This document shows positions 54,963-63,964 of a DNA stretch of 64,000 bases, one piece after another; the first letter of the stretch is position 1, and each line of letters begins with the position of its first letter. The DNA lies in contig JBHIEG010000006.1 in assembly GCA_046760505.1 (NCBI GenBank), forward strand, positions 9,212 to 73,211, given 5' to 3'. The notes under the pieces are model-generated. The model ran no database searches, was not told where the DNA came from, and saw only the letters and a program-made list of their open reading frames with translations. The position numbers were made by a program, and so were the translations under genes. The DNA comes from Candidatus Hydrothermarchaeota archaeon (GTDB lineage Archaea > CAYFZR01).

Positions 54963-56015
54963 ATGGAAGAAAAGGTGGAGAGATACAGTCTTTCTATAAA
55001 TCCTTTTGGTTATTTAGCAAGCGAGTCCTTGGATAACATCAAGGATATATGTGTTTATCAAGATGTTGATTACTCTTTGTTGGAGTTACTGGAAGAAGTA
55101 AAGAGCGGTGAGAGTAGAGTATTTAGTATAAACGGCCCTTTTGGGACAGGAAAGACGTTACGACTAAAATTTATTCTAGAAAACTATGATGATACTGGAA
55201 TTTATACAAAGATTCCGATAGGAGATTTTAAGTCTGTTATGGCGCATATTCTAAAAGAAATAAGGATTACAAAGGCAAAGCGCAGCTTCATTAAAAGGAT
55301 ACTCCGTAGATTTTACTCTTCAGTAGACCCTTCTGAAGTAGAGAAAGATCCCATAGAACTATCAAATATAATACTAGAGGAAGTAAGCGGGTGTGTTTTT
55401 CTAATAGATGAGTTAGAAAATATTTCTAAGATGAAAGATGATGAAATAGATAATTTTTTCCAGGTATTAAAAGAAATGGTAAGCAATATCCCTCCTAAAA
55501 CCATGTTAGGTATTTCATGCACGACTTCTGAATACTTTTTATTTAAAAATAAGTACTTCGCCTTCTTTCAGCGCATAGACAAAGAATTCTCACTTAAAGA
55601 TCTAACAGATGAAGAAGCAATAGAACTGGTAAAAAAAAGATTGCAAACAAACAGAATTCTAAAAGATTTAGATCCATTGTATCCTTTTTCAGAGGGTGCA
55701 ATAGCAGAGGCAAATAACTTAACATCTGGAAATCCAAGAAATCTTCTTAAATTACTGCAAGAAGCCTTAAGAGTTGGTATAAGGGATGAACTTCCAAATA
55801 TAGAAGTCCCAGTAATAAGAGAAGTTTACAGCAAGGTTTTCGAGCCATACAAAACGAAATTGGAAATAGAACTTGAGAAAATAGAAAAGGAATTTCTTGA
55901 ACTCTCCGCTAAATACGATGCCGGAGAGATTGATTTTGAAGTTTATCAGTCAAAAATAAGAGATCTTGAGGTTAGACTGTTAAAAATAGAGAGGGAGGTA
56001 AAAGAGACAAAATAA
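54963..56015 (+). CDS. AAA+ ATPase, ExeA/MshM-like (or Orc1/Cdc6-like) with C-terminal coiled coil
   Basis: N-terminal INPFGY, Walker A INGPFGTGKT, Walker B FLIDELE, sensor-like SGNPRNLLKLLQEAL. GAGG plus 7 nt before the ATG. Confidence 0.55.
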   Translation: MEEKVERYSLSINPFGYLASESLDNIKDICVYQDVDYSLLELLEEVKSGESRVFSINGPFGTGKTLRLKFILENYDDTGIYTKIPIGDFKSVMAHILKEIRITKAKRSFIKRILRRFYSSVDPSEVEKDPIELSNIILEEVSGCVFLIDELENISKMKDDEIDNFFQVLKEMVSNIPPKTMLGISCTTSEYFLFKNKYFAFFQRIDKEFSLKDLTDEEAIELVKKRLQTNRILKDLDPLYPFSEGAIAEANNLTSGNPRNLLKLLQEALRVGIRDELPNIEVPVIREVYSKVFEPYKTKLEIELEKIEKEFLELSAKYDAGEIDFEVYQSKIRDLEVRLLKIEREVKETK

Positions 56016-56017
56016 AT

Positions 56018-56362
56018 TCATTCATACTCGATACTTTTGCTTTCCTTTATGAGTTCATACCAGTTTTTTAGCAGGACTATGAAAAGTATAATGAAGATGG
56101 ATTCGCTCAGTTCGTATAGATAATAAGTCTCGAAGTGAAATAATTCTTTGAATGTGCCTATCGTTTCATGTAAGACGAAGATGACACCTATGAGAAAGAT
56201 ATATGACCATGTTTTACTCAAAAAACCTGCCTTTAAAAATGCCTTTGCCTTGAGCATATCAGGATCTAGGCTCTCAGATTCTTTTCTTATTATTACCAAT
56301 ATCGCTAAAACGACCAAACCTATGATGAAATTTATGATTTCCAATATCGCTTCTGCATGCAT
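56018..56362 (-). CDS. Small membrane protein
   Basis: 114 aa, three or four hydrophobic helices. Confidence 0.4.
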   Translation of the reverse strand: MHAEAILEIINFIIGLVVLAILVIIRKESESLDPDMLKAKAFLKAGFLSKTWSYIFLIGVIFVLHETIGTFKELFHFETYYLYELSESIFIILFIVLLKNWYELIKESKSIEYE

Positions 56363-56662
56363 CTTTTACCCGCGTCTTCATGTTATTTGTTCAAATTATC
56401 ACTCACTTTTAAATCATCACTCGATTGTTTATAATAAATTTTGAAATATTTATAGTATTATGATCGATGAAATCGTAATTTTTGCCAAAAAAGAAATATT
56501 TATGTGAATTCTATCAATTCTCATCCTTCGATCACTGAGAAGTAAACATGGTATCGTATTCTTCTCTAGCGCGTAAACATGAACTTCAGCGAGATACAAA
56601 ACCCCTGCATTGATTTCTGCTTACCAAATGAAAAAATTTTGATGCTTAATTATCCTATTTAA

Positions 56663-57031
56663 TTACCCTATTATTCTTTTTATCTTTTCCGCAGCCTTAG
56701 ACATCTCGACAAGAATTAAACCCAATCCTGCGTCAGGACCTGTCATTACGACAAGTAGAGCCTTTGGACCTGCCCCGGTAGATATCACCTTTGTCTCTGG
56801 AGACTCTATTAATATGCGCTCTGGTACACCTTTCTTTAACTCGCTAATGGCTGTTTCTGCAGCTCCGGTCATTGTGGCAGTCATAGCAGCGAAAGTTCCT
56901 TTTTCAATGCCCTCTGGTATATCTGATGCCATCAATAAGCCATCTCTAGTAACTACTGCAGAGGCCTCGATATCTCCGACTTTTTTAAGTTCCTTGAGAA
57001 TCACTTCTAGATCTTCCTTTAGAGTAGACAC
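56663..57031 (-). CDS. Roadblock/LC7 (MglB-like) domain protein
   Basis: DIEASAVVTRDGLLMASDIP...AAMTATMTGAAE. GTG 57031 lies 8 nt after GAGGG. The track start at TTG 57058 is possible. Overlaps the GTPase gene 3' end. Confidence 0.75.
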   Translation of the reverse strand: MSTLKEDLEVILKELKKVGDIEASAVVTRDGLLMASDIPEGIEKGTFAAMTATMTGAAETAISELKKGVPERILIESPETKVISTGAGPKALLVVMTGPDAGLGLILVEMSKAAEKIKRIIG

Positions 57032-58199
57032 CCCACTCACCCTCGAATATGAGATCAATTAGTATTTCGAAAGCATTTATAACTTTATCGCTTTTAGTTG
57101 CAACACATGGAACTAAAGGCACTTCTTCGCTGATTTTCATGATTTTTCTTATTTCTTCGACATCTAATGCGTCAGCAAGGTCCTGTTTATTAGCAACTAT
57201 AACGAGAGGCAGTCCATGGGTTTTTGTGATTTCTATCATGTGTTTAGCCCTCTTAAAAGTTTCTGGCTTGCTAGAATCAATAACCAAGAAAACTCCAATG
57301 GTTTCTCCTGCTATCCGTCTCAATATAGGGTCAAATCTCTCCTGACCCGGAGTACCGAATATATCAGCAGTATATCCCTTATGATCTACATATCCGTGAT
57401 CTAATGCCACTGTAGTGCCCAGTCTATCTACGGAAACCGCCTTTTTGGAGATTGTATGGATGAATGTACTCTTCCCCGCGTTGTACGGTCCAGTTACAAG
57501 AATCTTTGGAATGTAAGCCTTTACTCCACCTGGGCGCAAAACCTTGAACAGTATAGATTTTTCCCTTATCTCGCACCATTTCACATTCGTTACAGCATAA
57601 TATTGTCCGATAATGACTCTTTGCGCAATGCCACCAACGGAAACAACCGCATCGAAGGTTGTAAGCAATTTATCAAATACAAAACTCTCATATGGCCATC
57701 TTGTAAAGTTGAAAACACCATAATCGTCTTTCAACATTATTCTCTTTGTAAGATACTCGATAAATTCTAACGTTTTTCTTTCTCCACAGAGATCCATCAC
57801 ACTAGAAAGAGATCCAAAAGTTATTATGCTTCCATCTCCAAGATCATCGCATGCCTTTTCCAAAACTCTCTTATAACATTCGATATTTTCAGGATCTTCT
57901 ACATGGTATTCACTCTCAGGTCTTAAACCAACCAAATTAGAATAACCATCTATAAATATCAAATTCTCAAATCTTTCAACATCCCAACCATATTCCAAAA
58001 ACTCTTTTTTTACCGTATTTGGAGGACCAGTGGTAGTTAAGTAAATACCCTTCATTCCTTGTTCAAGATTTGAGGCGAAGGTCTGCATACCGAATACGTC
58101 GCCTATTACTCCGGGCTCTATAAGGTAGAGTAGGCTTTTTCCTGCGGGTATTCCTCCTCCCAATAACTCATCTAGTCTTGGTATGTTTGTGGTGATCAT
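56985..58199 (-). CDS. Fusion of a Walker-A-less KaiC/RecA-like domain with a Ras-like (MglA/COG2229-type) GTPase
   Basis: N-terminus IPRLDELLGGGIPAGKSLLYLIEPGVIGDVFG (P-loop lost). C-terminus has G1 GPYNAGKST, G3 FGTPGQERF and G4 NKQD. Confidence 0.75.
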   Translation of the reverse strand: MITTNIPRLDELLGGGIPAGKSLLYLIEPGVIGDVFGMQTFASNLEQGMKGIYLTTTGPPNTVKKEFLEYGWDVERFENLIFIDGYSNLVGLRPESEYHVEDPENIECYKRVLEKACDDLGDGSIITFGSLSSVMDLCGERKTLEFIEYLTKRIMLKDDYGVFNFTRWPYESFVFDKLLTTFDAVVSVGGIAQRVIIGQYYAVTNVKWCEIREKSILFKVLRPGGVKAYIPKILVTGPYNAGKSTFIHTISKKAVSVDRLGTTVALDHGYVDHKGYTADIFGTPGQERFDPILRRIAGETIGVFLVIDSSKPETFKRAKHMIEITKTHGLPLVIVANKQDLADALDVEEIRKIMKISEEVPLVPCVATKSDKVINAFEILIDLIFEGEWGVYSKGRSRSDSQGT

Positions 58200-58395
58200 T
58201 TTATCTCTTGAAGCTTATTTGTGCAGATCATTATAAGTGAGTTTTCATTTTGAAATTAAAGCGTGTTCTTTGAGTATTTATGTTTGAGAAATCTCATTTA
58301 TAACCATACAAATTAGTTACGCATTTGGTAAAATTTTTTACACGATTTTATCAAAAACCAAACTCTCTCAAAGAATGGAAAATCTTAATCTTAAG

Positions 58396-59061
58396 TCAAA
58401 TCACTTTGATCATTGAGGTTTCTATGCGATATCTAAATTTATCATTTACGAATCCCTTTAATAACAATTCTTCGCCTTTAAAATGCATTAATCCCTGCAT
58501 GAGTTGCTGTATAGCGTTTACTTCCTCTGGCTTGTGTATGCTTTCGTTCATGACGAAGAAGCATATTCCACCAACCGCCTTTATTCTTCCCGTGAAAACG
58601 TGTAGAAAACGAAATACTGGTTTGATGCTTGAGTACATGAGAAGCGTGGATACCGAGTCTAACACTACTCTTATTCTCTTTATCCCAGACTTGCGCCATA
58701 GATCTTCAATATGATTGGACGTGCTAGCCAAAATCATCCCTAAATCAAGAGGTCCCGATACACAAGAGACATTTTCTATATCTCTGGGACAATTCTCATC
58801 AAATGTTAACGAATAACAATCAACTATTCTCAAGTTTTCTAGTGAGGAGGAAAACCTGCTTATTTCTTCAACTACCTTCTTCGCGGTATCATTAGTTGAT
58901 ATGTAGATGACTCCTTCATTATTTTTAAGCGATGATCCGCAACATTGGTGACAGAATAGTTTGTGTCCTGAATATGCGTCTCCCAGGACCATTATCATGC
59001 ATTCTGGCTTTATTTTGACATCTATCCCCTCTAATCCAATGGAATATTCTTCATCTTTCAT
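58396..59061 (-). CDS. Degenerate KaiC/RecA-like protein
   Basis: IGLEGIDVKI...MVLGDAYSGHKLFCHQ (GxxxxGHK in place of GxxGxGKT). ATG 59061 lies 6 nt after AAGGTAAG. Confidence 0.5.
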   Translation of the reverse strand: MKDEEYSIGLEGIDVKIKPECMIMVLGDAYSGHKLFCHQCCGSSLKNNEGVIYISTNDTAKKVVEEISRFSSSLENLRIVDCYSLTFDENCPRDIENVSCVSGPLDLGMILASTSNHIEDLWRKSGIKRIRVVLDSVSTLLMYSSIKPVFRFLHVFTGRIKAVGGICFFVMNESIHKPEEVNAIQQLMQGLMHFKGEELLLKGFVNDKFRYRIETSMIKVI

Positions 59062-59351
59062 ACCAATCTTACCTTTAATATTCACTTAAAAATTTAAATC
59101 TTACGCAAAGACGGTAAAAGTTCTTATTAACCTCTTGAGTCTCAATTTTTATGCAACTATAGCAGGTATATGTGCTTTCTTGCTACGGAGAACCGCAAAT
59201 TTAGACTAGTCATACTCTTTTTAAGAAATTTGGCAAGATTTCGATCACTTGCTTTATTTGAAGCTTAGATATTTATATTTTGAACAATCAAGGAACAAAA
59301 AATGTCAGTAGCCTAGGAAAATTTATTAAATAAAGTCAACAATTAGAGAAT

Positions 59352-60821
59352 ATGGTGAGTAAAAACAATCTAATTAAGCTGTTGGTCATATCAGTTGTTT
59401 TAGTTAACATTACCGTAATTAGCGGTTGTGTTAAAGAAAAACCACCAACTGAAGAAGTCGTTGGGGAAAAACCCGCGGAAGAATTGTTAGAGGAAAAACC
59501 TAAAGAAGAAATAACGCCTCCAACCACTCCTGTTCCGGAAACTCCTTCTGCTCCTGCACCTGCTCCATCGCCTAAAACAACTGCTCCTCCTGTAAAGAAA
59601 GGTCCTGAACCTCTCGAAATACCCTTCGAGGCATCACACTTCGGATTTATGCACCCAGAGAGGTCTTTATCTGAGGCAGCGGAGTTGAAAGTACACTGGG
59701 CAAGACCTCATCCAGGACCCTTTCTCTGGGATTCGATTGAGCCTGAAAAAGGTAGATTCGATTTTTCTTCTCCGGATAGAGAGGTGAGACTTCTCCAAGA
59801 ATACGATTTCACAATGATAGCCACAATCTGGCCCTATGCCGATTGGGATCAAGAGAGTTGTAGGAAAAGACTTTCATTTGAAAAAATCAGAGAGTTCAGG
59901 GAACTTGGCTACTATCGTCAGATGCCCTGTGATATGGAAGCCTACAAGAATTTTGTAAAAACCGTAGTGGAGCGCTACGATGGCGATGGCATTGACGACA
60001 TGCCGGGACTGAAGTATCCTGTGAAATACTGGGAAGTGATTAATGAACCGTCAATGAAAGAAGATTTGGTTTTCTTCTATGGCTCTCCAGAAGAGTACTT
60101 TGAAGTCTTGAAGGCGACCTACGAAGCAGTAAAAGAGGCAGATCCAGAAGCAAAAGTTCTTAACGGTGGAATCGCAGGCTTCGACTACGAGTCCAGAAAT
60201 TTCTGGCAGAAGGTCATTGACCTCGGGGGGGCTAAATACTTTGATATATTCAACCATCATTCCATCAGCGGACCTGAAGATCTCCATGTCCCAGAGGCAA
60301 AGAGTTTCATGAGAAAAAACAATATAAGAAAGCCCCACTGGATACCTGAGGTAGAATTCAGTGCTTGGGGTCTTAAGAGGGAGAGGCTCACTCCTGAAGA
60401 ATGGGCGAATGTAATCGTAAGGTCTTACATTTATTCCTTTGGCGAGGGAGTAGATAAGCTCTTCTATGTTGGGCTGGACGAAAGTCCAGGAGATCCTGAG
60501 AGCTGGTTATTATACACTGAATCAGAAAAGAAACCCCATAGAGCAAAAGAGGGTCCAAAGAAAAGACAAGCCACCTTCTACGCGTTTAAGACCATGGTAG
60601 AAAAGATCGACTATTTTACTGCGGTTAGAAAACTCGGGAAAGGGAAATACAAATTTACTGTAAAAGGAAAGCCAGTTTATGTTCTCTGGGCTCCGGGACC
60701 GGTACCTGCTGAGATAACTGGAACCGTCCTCGTAACAAACATTAGGGGTTATACCAGAAAAATTGATGCAACGAGCATAACACTAACAGAAAGCCCAATT
60801 TTTGTTGAGCCTCTCCATTGA
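59352..60821 (+). CDS. Secreted lipoprotein-like clan GH-A glycoside hydrolase-like protein
   Basis: Lipobox-like VISGC, Pro/Glu/Thr-rich linker, WEVINEP (acid/base Glu context) and a later IPEVEF motif. Confidence 0.55.
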   Translation: MVSKNNLIKLLVISVVLVNITVISGCVKEKPPTEEVVGEKPAEELLEEKPKEEITPPTTPVPETPSAPAPAPSPKTTAPPVKKGPEPLEIPFEASHFGFMHPERSLSEAAELKVHWARPHPGPFLWDSIEPEKGRFDFSSPDREVRLLQEYDFTMIATIWPYADWDQESCRKRLSFEKIREFRELGYYRQMPCDMEAYKNFVKTVVERYDGDGIDDMPGLKYPVKYWEVINEPSMKEDLVFFYGSPEEYFEVLKATYEAVKEADPEAKVLNGGIAGFDYESRNFWQKVIDLGGAKYFDIFNHHSISGPEDLHVPEAKSFMRKNNIRKPHWIPEVEFSAWGLKRERLTPEEWANVIVRSYIYSFGEGVDKLFYVGLDESPGDPESWLLYTESEKKPHRAKEGPKKRQATFYAFKTMVEKIDYFTAVRKLGKGKYKFTVKGKPVYVLWAPGPVPAEITGTVLVTNIRGYTRKIDATSITLTESPIFVEPLH

Positions 60822-60833
60822 AATTATCACTAT

Positions 60834-61571
60834 CTACTCTGCGTACTCCCCCTTAGGGTATACCACAAGACCTCGAGAAGTTATTTCTAGAGGATATCTT
60901 CTCATTCCATGCCTAGCTTCTCTCATTTTTCGAATCACAATACTTCTTCTCAGTTGTCCACCGCTCTCGGTTAGATACAGGAGTATTAAACCTCTCGTTA
61001 TGAATTCTTCGACTCCATATCTGCTCAATCTTCCCGTTCCTTCGATGGATTCGGATGTTAAAATTGAAGTGCAGTTGCTTTCAAGAAGTATGGTTGTAAA
61101 TTTGTGGATTGCTCTTCTTATTTCTGCTTCGCTCTTCAACTGTAGACCTAAAGCAGGAATAGAGTCTATTGCAATTCTTTTTGCTCCAATTTCTTCTATT
61201 GTTTCGTAAATTTTAACCGCAAGTGCATCCAAATCGAATCCAGCTGGGGTAACTACTCTCTCTCTCGTGGGTATTCCGGCTCTTGCTAGAGAAGCATCAA
61301 TAATAACAAATTTACCGTCTTCCTCTAATTTTTTAACGTCCCATCCGAATACCTGCATTTCCCTTCTTACATCATCAGGCCTCTCTTCAAGAGATACATA
61401 TATACTTGGCTCATTAAACTTAGATGCACCGGCATATAAAAACTGGAAGCAAAATAGGGTCTTTCCCGTACCTGGACCACCTGAAACTAATACAACCGTA
61501 TTTCTCGGGAAACCGCCATCCAATATCTCATCCAATCCCGGAATGCCTGATTTGACTCTATCTTCTCTCAA
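60834..61571 (-). CDS. Single-domain KaiC-like RecA-superfamily ATPase (canonical motifs)
   Basis: SGIPGLDEILDGGFPRNTVVLVSGGPGTGKTLFCFQFL. TTG start with leaderless geometry (TATA 26 nt upstream). Confidence 0.85.
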   Translation of the reverse strand: MREDRVKSGIPGLDEILDGGFPRNTVVLVSGGPGTGKTLFCFQFLYAGASKFNEPSIYVSLEERPDDVRREMQVFGWDVKKLEEDGKFVIIDASLARAGIPTRERVVTPAGFDLDALAVKIYETIEEIGAKRIAIDSIPALGLQLKSEAEIRRAIHKFTTILLESNCTSILTSESIEGTGRLSRYGVEEFITRGLILLYLTESGGQLRRSIVIRKMREARHGMRRYPLEITSRGLVVYPKGEYAE

Positions 61572-61657
61572 ACCTTAACACCGAATTATTGTTTAATGTT
61601 TATATTTGTTCTTTGATGTTTATAATTCTTATTTTGATAAATTTTGGCTTACCTAAA

Positions 61658-62413
61658 CTACACTATTCTTGTGGCAGTATCTAATACAATACCCTTCTGG
61701 GTTATTCGATAGGGTACAATTTTGCTGCTCGGAACTATATGTAACATATTGGTTATGCATATACTTCTCTCAAGTTCATTGCCTCTCTCACGAACCCTTA
61801 ATTCTATTATTCCATCTGAGACGTGCTCTATCGTACTCAATGTAGATTCATCATGCATTCCTTTTTCCAGTGATACGAGATAAACGCACTTGTATATTCT
61901 CACAAATGCCTTTATCCCTTCCAAAACCTCTTTTACCTCTTTCAATGAGTGCAGCCAGAGAATGTCAGAGAGGGAATCTATCACACCAATATGACTTCCC
62001 TTGGATGCGAGTTCATCATTCTCTAGAACCCCCAATCTCAGCATGTTTAAGATGCTTGTATCCCAGGATCTGGATACAGAACTCAAAGAAGGTGTTTTTT
62101 TGTGAGTTTCTCCAAGAACCCATTTTATTCTTGAAGAAAAAACATCTATGAATGTCAGATTGCCGGACTTTTCAAATTCTTCAACTTCCCATCCAAACCT
62201 ACTCATGTTAGATTTGATATCCTCTGAGGAACACCAAGTGACAAAATATATTCCTGATCCTCCTTGGGAGAGAGCGTTATAGAGAAACTGTTGACATATG
62301 ATGGAATGACCGGTACCTGGATTACCAACTAGGAGAATAAGACTACCCTTGGGATATCCTCCTTCTAGAAGCTCATTTAACCCTGAAATTCCTGTATCTA
62401 CGATATCAGTCAT
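61658..62413 (-). CDS. Single-domain KaiC-like protein with Walker A Lys replaced by His
   Basis: TGISGLNELLEGGYPKGSLILLVGNPGTGHSIICQQFL. Confidence 0.7.
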   Translation of the reverse strand: MTDIVDTGISGLNELLEGGYPKGSLILLVGNPGTGHSIICQQFLYNALSQGGSGIYFVTWCSSEDIKSNMSRFGWEVEEFEKSGNLTFIDVFSSRIKWVLGETHKKTPSLSSVSRSWDTSILNMLRLGVLENDELASKGSHIGVIDSLSDILWLHSLKEVKEVLEGIKAFVRIYKCVYLVSLEKGMHDESTLSTIEHVSDGIIELRVRERGNELERSICITNMLHIVPSSKIVPYRITQKGIVLDTATRIV

Positions 62414-62556
62414 TTCTACAATTTTTACTATTAAACTCTCTGGTATAAAAATCTTCTATAGCGAGAATTCTGCAAAATTGTATAGGAAATATTTATGTTG
62501 TTGATTTTTTATAGTTACGATGTCATTATACATTATACTAATAAGGAGGAGAAAAA

Positions 62557-63960
62557 ATGGCAAACATCCCTCAAGAGATAGTGAATATGTTAAACCTCTT
62601 GAGAGGATCCTCTCTAATGGTTAAGGGCGCTCCAGGAACTGGAAAGACCATATTCTCGCTCGAACTTCTGAAAGAACTCGGCGAGAACTACAGTGGAATA
62701 TATGTCTCAACCCGAGTTCAACCAAGAGACCTGTATATAATGTTTCCTTGGTTAAATGGTGTTGTTTTTGAAGAAAATATAATAGATGCTTCCTGTTCTT
62801 TTGTATCCAAATCTCAAGAATTAAATAAGGTTATACGCTATAGTAGCCAGCCTGATTTTGTTAAAGCAACATATGAAAAGATAGACGGACTTAAAAAACC
62901 AGCGTTATTAGTGATTGATAGTTGGGATGCAGTTTTCAGTGTGGTAAGAGAATCGAACGAAGAAGAACTCGCCAGAACAATGATAGACCTAGCAAAAGAG
63001 ACCGAGACGAATCTAATTATGGTCGTAGAAAAAGAAAAAAAGACAGGGTTAGATCACTTGGTAGACGGTATCGTATTATTAAAATGGGAAGAAAAAGATG
63101 GGGAGTGGTATAGAGAGATCTATCTAGATAAGTTGAGAGGAACTGAAATTCTCCAGCACAAATATCTTTTCACACTGAATGGAGGTAGATTCAGGCATTT
63201 TGAACCATTTAAACGAAAATTTCCAAGAACTAGAAGAAAGTTTAAACCCATCATAGACTCGAGATCGCATTTCTCGTCTGGAAATAGATATTTAGACGAG
63301 ATACTGGGTGGAGGCTTTCCAAGGGGAAGTTATGTTTTTCTTGAGACTGGAGAAAACGTGGATTACTATGCATTCGCGAATATTATCAACCTAACAGTTG
63401 CCAATTTTATTACTCAGGGCAGAGGAGTGTTAGGAATTCCTAGGGTAGGAACAAGTCCGGGAATGATCAAGTATTTTGCACACCTCTTTGGTTTTGAAGA
63501 TGGACTAAAAAGCCTTTTGAGGATGGTTAGGGAAGAAGATTCGTCAGGCAAAGAAACAGAAGATTTTGTTCTTCCCTATACTACTGAAACTCTGAAAGAA
63601 GATTTCAGGAAAATTGATTCTGAAATTAGAAGATTGAGAGAGGAAACAGGGGAACCGGTGCTAAAAATAGTGGCTTATGATCACATGGAGTCTCTCTTTG
63701 GAGTGAAAGCATTGCCAGAAATGATAAGTCTCGAAGCTCAAGAGATAGCGGACAGTAACGCATTAGCAATTGCTACCGGAACCCACAGCACGCCAGAAAC
63801 CAATAAAAAACTTGCTGATACCGCTAATATCCATTTAAAAATTATAGAGTTAAATGGAGCCATGGTTCTTTTTGGATTAAAACCAAAAACAGGATTGTAC
63901 AATATTGAGATTGATATTTCAAAAGGCTATCCAGATATAGTACTGACTCCGATCAGATGA
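62557..63960 (+). CDS. Two-domain KaiC-like protein (active-looking first domain, P-loop-less second domain)
   Basis: Domain 1 LMVKGAPGTGKTIFSLELL. Domain 2 YLDEILGGGFPRGSYVFLETGENVDYYAF. GGAGG plus 7 nt before the ATG. Confidence 0.75.
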   Translation: MANIPQEIVNMLNLLRGSSLMVKGAPGTGKTIFSLELLKELGENYSGIYVSTRVQPRDLYIMFPWLNGVVFEENIIDASCSFVSKSQELNKVIRYSSQPDFVKATYEKIDGLKKPALLVIDSWDAVFSVVRESNEEELARTMIDLAKETETNLIMVVEKEKKTGLDHLVDGIVLLKWEEKDGEWYREIYLDKLRGTEILQHKYLFTLNGGRFRHFEPFKRKFPRTRRKFKPIIDSRSHFSSGNRYLDEILGGGFPRGSYVFLETGENVDYYAFANIINLTVANFITQGRGVLGIPRVGTSPGMIKYFAHLFGFEDGLKSLLRMVREEDSSGKETEDFVLPYTTETLKEDFRKIDSEIRRLREETGEPVLKIVAYDHMESLFGVKALPEMISLEAQEIADSNALAIATGTHSTPETNKKLADTANIHLKIIELNGAMVLFGLKPKTGLYNIEIDISKGYPDIVLTPIR

Positions 63961-63964
63961 TCAC

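Noticed and set aside
61596-61624. Direct repeat ATGTTTATA x2 (20-nt period) upstream of the canonical KaiC-like gene
   Set aside because: It is very AT-rich and short. It is most simply two TATA-like boxes, with no additional symmetry or recurrence noticed.
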